Positions 60,007-64,000 of a stretch of 64,000 nucleotides of DNA are shown in pieces. Every line of letters begins with the position of its first letter. The first letter of the stretch is position 1. The notes beneath the pieces are model-generated. The model ran no database searches. It was not told the DNA's origin and saw only the letters and a list, made by a program, of their open reading frames with translations. The translations under genes and the position numbers were made by a program. The stretch is from Curvularia clavata (Eukaryota), in the NCBI GenBank assembly GCA_023920165.1, contig CP089277.1:2852001-2916000 (forward strand), read 5' to 3'.

Positions 60007-61593
60007 GGTGATGGTTGGTGTGTTGGTTGGTTGTTTGGGTTGAAAAAGTTCGAGAGTGTCTTCAAAGATTGAATGCGAAAGAACGAAAGGCAGACGAATG
60101 AATTGAAAGAGTGTAGTTGCGAAAGAGCGTGTGGAAGTGAGTGTCAGCGTCAAGCTTGATGCCCTTCAATGGGTAGATGCCATGTGCACCTCTTATACTC
60201 ATGCCACCGACACGGCACATCTGCGCCCTTGCAGGACTAGCGTAACTGACTGACAGAGTTGTGGCGAGCTCACTGACATGAAACCACGAAACCCGGGTCC
60301 GTGGATGGGTGCCAAGCATCTGTCAATCTATCCCGCGGCGCGCTAAGACTACAAACGGAAGTGCAGCCTCGCTTCGTCGCGGTAGAACGTCGAAGAACGC
60401 ATTGTACGATCCTACGCCCCATAGTAATATGTGACGGGTTATTTCGCTTCGAATCGTGCATCTAGGAGCGGCCTGCATGAGAAGCTGAGTGGAGTATGGC
60501 GGGTGATGTTTGTCAACGCATGAACCCACATCAGCAGTTCAATACCGGGCATCATGCCTCGGCGTTTGGCGAAACATTGGAGCCGCCGAAAAACAGTTTC
60601 AGTTCATACCGCTTCTCCACAGAGTGGATAGACGTTTTTACAGTTGGTGGTATGTTTGCCCGCGCCGCTGTCTCTTCCCGTGTCAACGTTCGAGTTCTCC
60701 TTTTGCTAGCCGTGTGCTCACGAGTCAAGCATTGCCTTTGCTCCTCCTCTTTAGTTTCACTGTCGGGTCGACGCGAAATAGCACTCATTTCGATCCTCTG
60801 CAAAAAAAATGAAAGAATGCTTCTGGAATCTGCCTTGTGAAGATGATGGCGGCATACGGTGGGGGCAACTCATCCTGCGTCCACTCTGAGCTCTGACATG
60901 AAACGACATTCCAGCGGGGCTGATTACGGATTGGTACCTGCCAAGATTAAAGCGATGTTTCGGGCCAGCCATAGCTCTCATCGACAACAAGGTAGCCCGA
61001 ATCTGGCCAGTCATGTCCGATTCATGACGTTACTATTGTTTCGAGTTGAGAGGATTTACAGCCACCGGCTATGAAATTGTAAGAGGGAGCCGCAACTACA
61101 CCGTTTTCTATTGTTCAGCCGAGGAAATGGCGTTTGCAGCCATTAAACGCCAGAGGTAGCGAGGCGCCTACGAGTTACAGGATTCGACTATTGTTTTTCG
61201 CTGTTGGGCGCTACCGTTGGCGCAAGGAACAACAATGCATTGACGCTCATGTAGGTGAGATGTCGGCCGACATGCACGCGCCGCTGTAGGAACTCGCCCT
61301 GTGCTGCAGGATGTACGTACAACCAAGTTCCGTTCCTTGGGATTGTCCGGCTTTAAGTACTTATGGGATGCCTCGAAACTTGCTCAATCCCTCTCATTGA
61401 ATCCAACTTTATGCGACTACGCGACTGGGCTAAACAAATAGAACAGCTTCGAATTATCTCTATGTCGAACAGCACTGTCCGCCATGTCTTTTGGACTACT
61501 GTTGGTCTGAGAGTGTCGCGACGGTTGTTCCTGGGATACCCGTTTTCGTAAGAAAAAGGGTCGGAGTAATTCGGTCAATACCACAAGTTCTGC

Positions 61594-64000
61594 TCAACCC
61601 AGAGCAGAGCACAGAAATGCGACAACCGCAAGCGACACAGATAATTGGCTGGTCCGTCCCAACGCTGCGCCTTCTTTTCGGCTTGTCGCGGTGGCCTGTC
61701 CTTCAAAGTTGCTCTGCCGTGCACTTGGGCTAGGTGTACTAGTGATGCTTGGATGCCGTGTTGTGGTAGCAGGAAACAAAGCGGTCGTGACGCTGCGGCC
61801 TGAACTTCCATATATCAACTCCGTCGCACTAGCAGCAAGATTGATTGTTGTCCCATCCACAGTGATTGTGCCGCCAGGCGTCAAAGTTTCGCCTCCAATG
61901 ACAAATGTCGTACCGCCACCGGACAGAGCGGTGTAGGTTATGGAACCGATCGTTAGCAAGGGCGGGTTCGTAATGACAGGTTGGACTGTGCGTGGAATGG
62001 AGCTTGTCTGTCCATTGACCACTAGTTCCGTGGCTCCTGGAGCAAGCGAAATTGTGGTTCCGGATATCACTATGGAGCCACCAGCAGTTAACAGTATGGA
62101 TCCGATCAGATATTCAGTCGCTGTTCCGGGTAATGGCTTGAATGTCACGTCTCCTATGGTTAGGAGAGGAGCGCTGGTAGGTAGGGGAACAGCAGCATTG
62201 GTCAATGTCGACGTAACGTGATTGATCACGATAAAAGAGGCAGATGGGGCTAGTGACAACGTAGTACCAGAAATAGTAATCGCTGGACCTCCTGCGAAGA
62301 GAGTTTCGCTGGCGACTACGAATGCTGGTCCTGAAGGCCTTGGAAGAGCACTGAATACCTGATTACCAACAGCGATAGTAGTTGGTGAAGAGACTGCCTC
62401 GGTCTGGGCTCTCAACGTCGAAGAAGCTCCGTTGGCAATTAGCACATCTCCAGAAGGGTTCAGTGAAAGTGTTGTTCCTGAAAACGTGATAGCTGCTCCA
62501 CCAGGAAGTAATGTCTGGTCAGACAGCACGAACGTGGGAGCCGCGCTGGGGTTGACTTGAGCGGGTTGTGCAGTTATCGTCGAGCTACCGAATACAAATT
62601 GAGGTGTTTGAGTTGTAGTTGGTAGCAATACACCGCCTGTGGAGAGAACCTGGGTCGAACCACCAATAACGACGAAGGAAGCTGAGGGCGCAAGACTCAC
62701 AACTGTACCATCAACAGTTGCGACACCACCTGGGGTCAAAGTTTGCCCTGGGGCGACGAAGAATTGAGTGGCAGCATTTGGCACTAGCGTAGACGAACCC
62801 ACGGTCAATACCGGTGGTACGGGTGCCTGGAAGACTTGAGGTAGCAGACTTGTCTGACCACCCAAGACGATAGCTGTAGCCGAAGGTGCTAGGGAGACAG
62901 GTGTTCCGTCGCCTACGTTAACAGCAGGGCCTCCTGGTTGCAGTGTTTGCGAGCCGATTACAACCTCGGAGGATGGGCCAATCACGATAGGGCTTGCTCC
63001 AACTGAGCCCACGGTAACGGATGCGGCCCCAAGGACGCGTGCTGTAGGCAGCAGTCCAGGAAGATTACTAGCTCTTACGCTGGCAGGGGTGGGCTGCATG
63101 CTCGTACTCGGAAGATTCCAATCCGCGACGGTAAGCGGGATCTTGTTGGAAGTTTCGGGTCCAAAGCCGTTCATGACAACAGGGGGTTCCTCGAACCCGT
63201 CTACCGATGACTCGAAATGAATGAAGAACGGATCAAGATTAGGTCGATTTCGGTAGTATAGATTGACAACAATGAGAACTGTCACCGTGGCCTGGAGTTG
63301 ACCAGCTTCGCAGTCCGAATGTGGAATTTGCTCAAGGAATTCTTCTGGTACAGGTCCAATAGCGGTATTTTTGTCGTCAGCGTCGTCTAGTCGATACGGA
63401 TAAGCCTGTGCAGATTGAAGCTGCACTCTTCTTGTTTCGTTGCCAGTCTCGATCTCGTAAGCAGTGAAATAAACGAAAGGCGTGGCGGACGTCTCAGCTT
63501 GGGTGACATTTGGTGCAAGTGTCACTACAGCTGTCGCTGAAGGGAACGAGTCCGGGCGGTATAAGTCGTATGATAGAGCATCCGAGATAGGGATGATGCC
63601 TTCTGACGGAAACGGCGAATATCCTTCAGATCGATAGATGACAGACGTCGTAGCCGCGCTAGGTGTTCCTGTATATTGCACACACATTGTCAAAGTAAAG
63701 TCGAACTCGGAATAATACGATTCTGTGAAAGTGCAGGCAAAATCTGACACTACTGCGCTTGTTACATCAAACGATGCTGTCTGAGGAACGAGTGTGTATG
63801 ATTGAGGATTTGTAAAATTTAGTGCTGCTGTTGTCATTGTCCCAATCGCATAACTATACGTCGGTGCAAACCAGTAGTCCAGGCTTGCATTGGGTATGTT
63901 GATTGTGCATGTCGCATTCGAACTGCGAGTAGGTTTTGTAGTGCCATTGATGGGAGTAGGGGCTAGCTCTGGAGTCACAGACAACAGTCCATCTAAGGAT
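61594..64000 (-). CDS. Ser/Thr-rich repeat cell-surface protein, probably GPI-anchored; 5' end lies beyond the window
   Basis: Frame is open to the window edge; six TLxPGG...GTxxSLAPSA repeats; C-terminal small residues followed by the hydrophobic tail LSVSLAVVAFLCSALG*. Confidence 0.82.
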   Translation of the reverse strand, partial: SLDGLLSVTPELAPTPINGTTKPTRSSNATCTINIPNASLDYWFAPTYSYAIGTMTTAALNFTNPQSYTLVPQTASFDVTSAVVSDFACTFTESYYSEFDFTLTMCVQYTGTPSAATTSVIYRSEGYSPFPSEGIIPISDALSYDLYRPDSFPSATAVVTLAPNVTQAETSATPFVYFTAYEIETGNETRRVQLQSAQAYPYRLDDADDKNTAIGPVPEEFLEQIPHSDCEAGQLQATVTVLIVVNLYYRNRPNLDPFFIHFESSVDGFEEPPVVMNGFGPETSNKIPLTVADWNLPSTSMQPTPASVRASNLPGLLPTARVLGAASVTVGSVGASPIVIGPSSEVVIGSQTLQPGGPAVNVGDGTPVSLAPSATAIVLGGQTSLLPQVFQAPVPPVLTVGSSTLVPNAATQFFVAPGQTLTPGGVATVDGTVVSLAPSASFVVIGGSTQVLSTGGVLLPTTTQTPQFVFGSSTITAQPAQVNPSAAPTFVLSDQTLLPGGAAITFSGTTLSLNPSGDVLIANGASSTLRAQTEAVSSPTTIAVGNQVFSALPRPSGPAFVVASETLFAGGPAITISGTTLSLAPSASFIVINHVTSTLTNAAVPLPTSAPLLTIGDVTFKPLPGTATEYLIGSILLTAGGSIVISGTTISLAPGATELVVNGQTSSIPRTVQPVITNPPLLTIGSITYTALSGGGTTFVIGGETLTPGGTITVDGTTINLAASATELIYGSSGRSVTTALFPATTTRHPSITSTPSPSARQSNFEGQATATSRKEGAALGRTSQLSVSLAVVAFLCSALG

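Noticed and set aside
58996..60072. 358-aa + ORF antisense to the LPMO
   Set aside because: Mirror of a strongly codon-biased gene; the Gly/Ala runs are the reverse complement of the Ser/Thr/Pro linker.
1..64000. tRNA, rRNA or snRNA genes
   Set aside because: None recognised by eye; tRNAscan-SE and Infernal would be needed to exclude them.

Overview
Eukaryotic DNA from a filamentous ascomycete (short GT-AG introns with CTRAY branch points; gene style suggests a Dothideomycete/Pleosporales, which is inference). About 20 protein genes are supportable: C1-THF synthase, neutral trehalase, a compact four-gene catabolic-type cluster (metallo-beta-lactamase lactonase, 3-hydroxyacid dehydrogenase, PcaC-like carboxymuconolactone decarboxylase, C2H2 transcription factor), UBE2O-like E2, COG8, a small 8-Cys secreted protein, a secreted C69-like Ntn peptidase, a SAM+HMG+fungal-TF protein, a peroxisomal SDR, SPF27, neutral ceramidase, an OSCA/TMEM63 channel, an AA9 LPMO and a truncated GPI repeat protein. 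There is also an intact pogo/Fot1-type transposon with 59-bp TIRs and a TA duplication, a DmpA pseudogene and several decayed coding relics. The best candidate for an undescribed system is the 18.9-25.3 kb cluster. Other highlights are a predicted dual cytosol/mitochondrion start in C1-THF synthase, a Ser-for-Cys nucleophile in the C69-like peptidase and a decayed HRDR repeat array. Exon boundaries were read by hand and no database searches were run.
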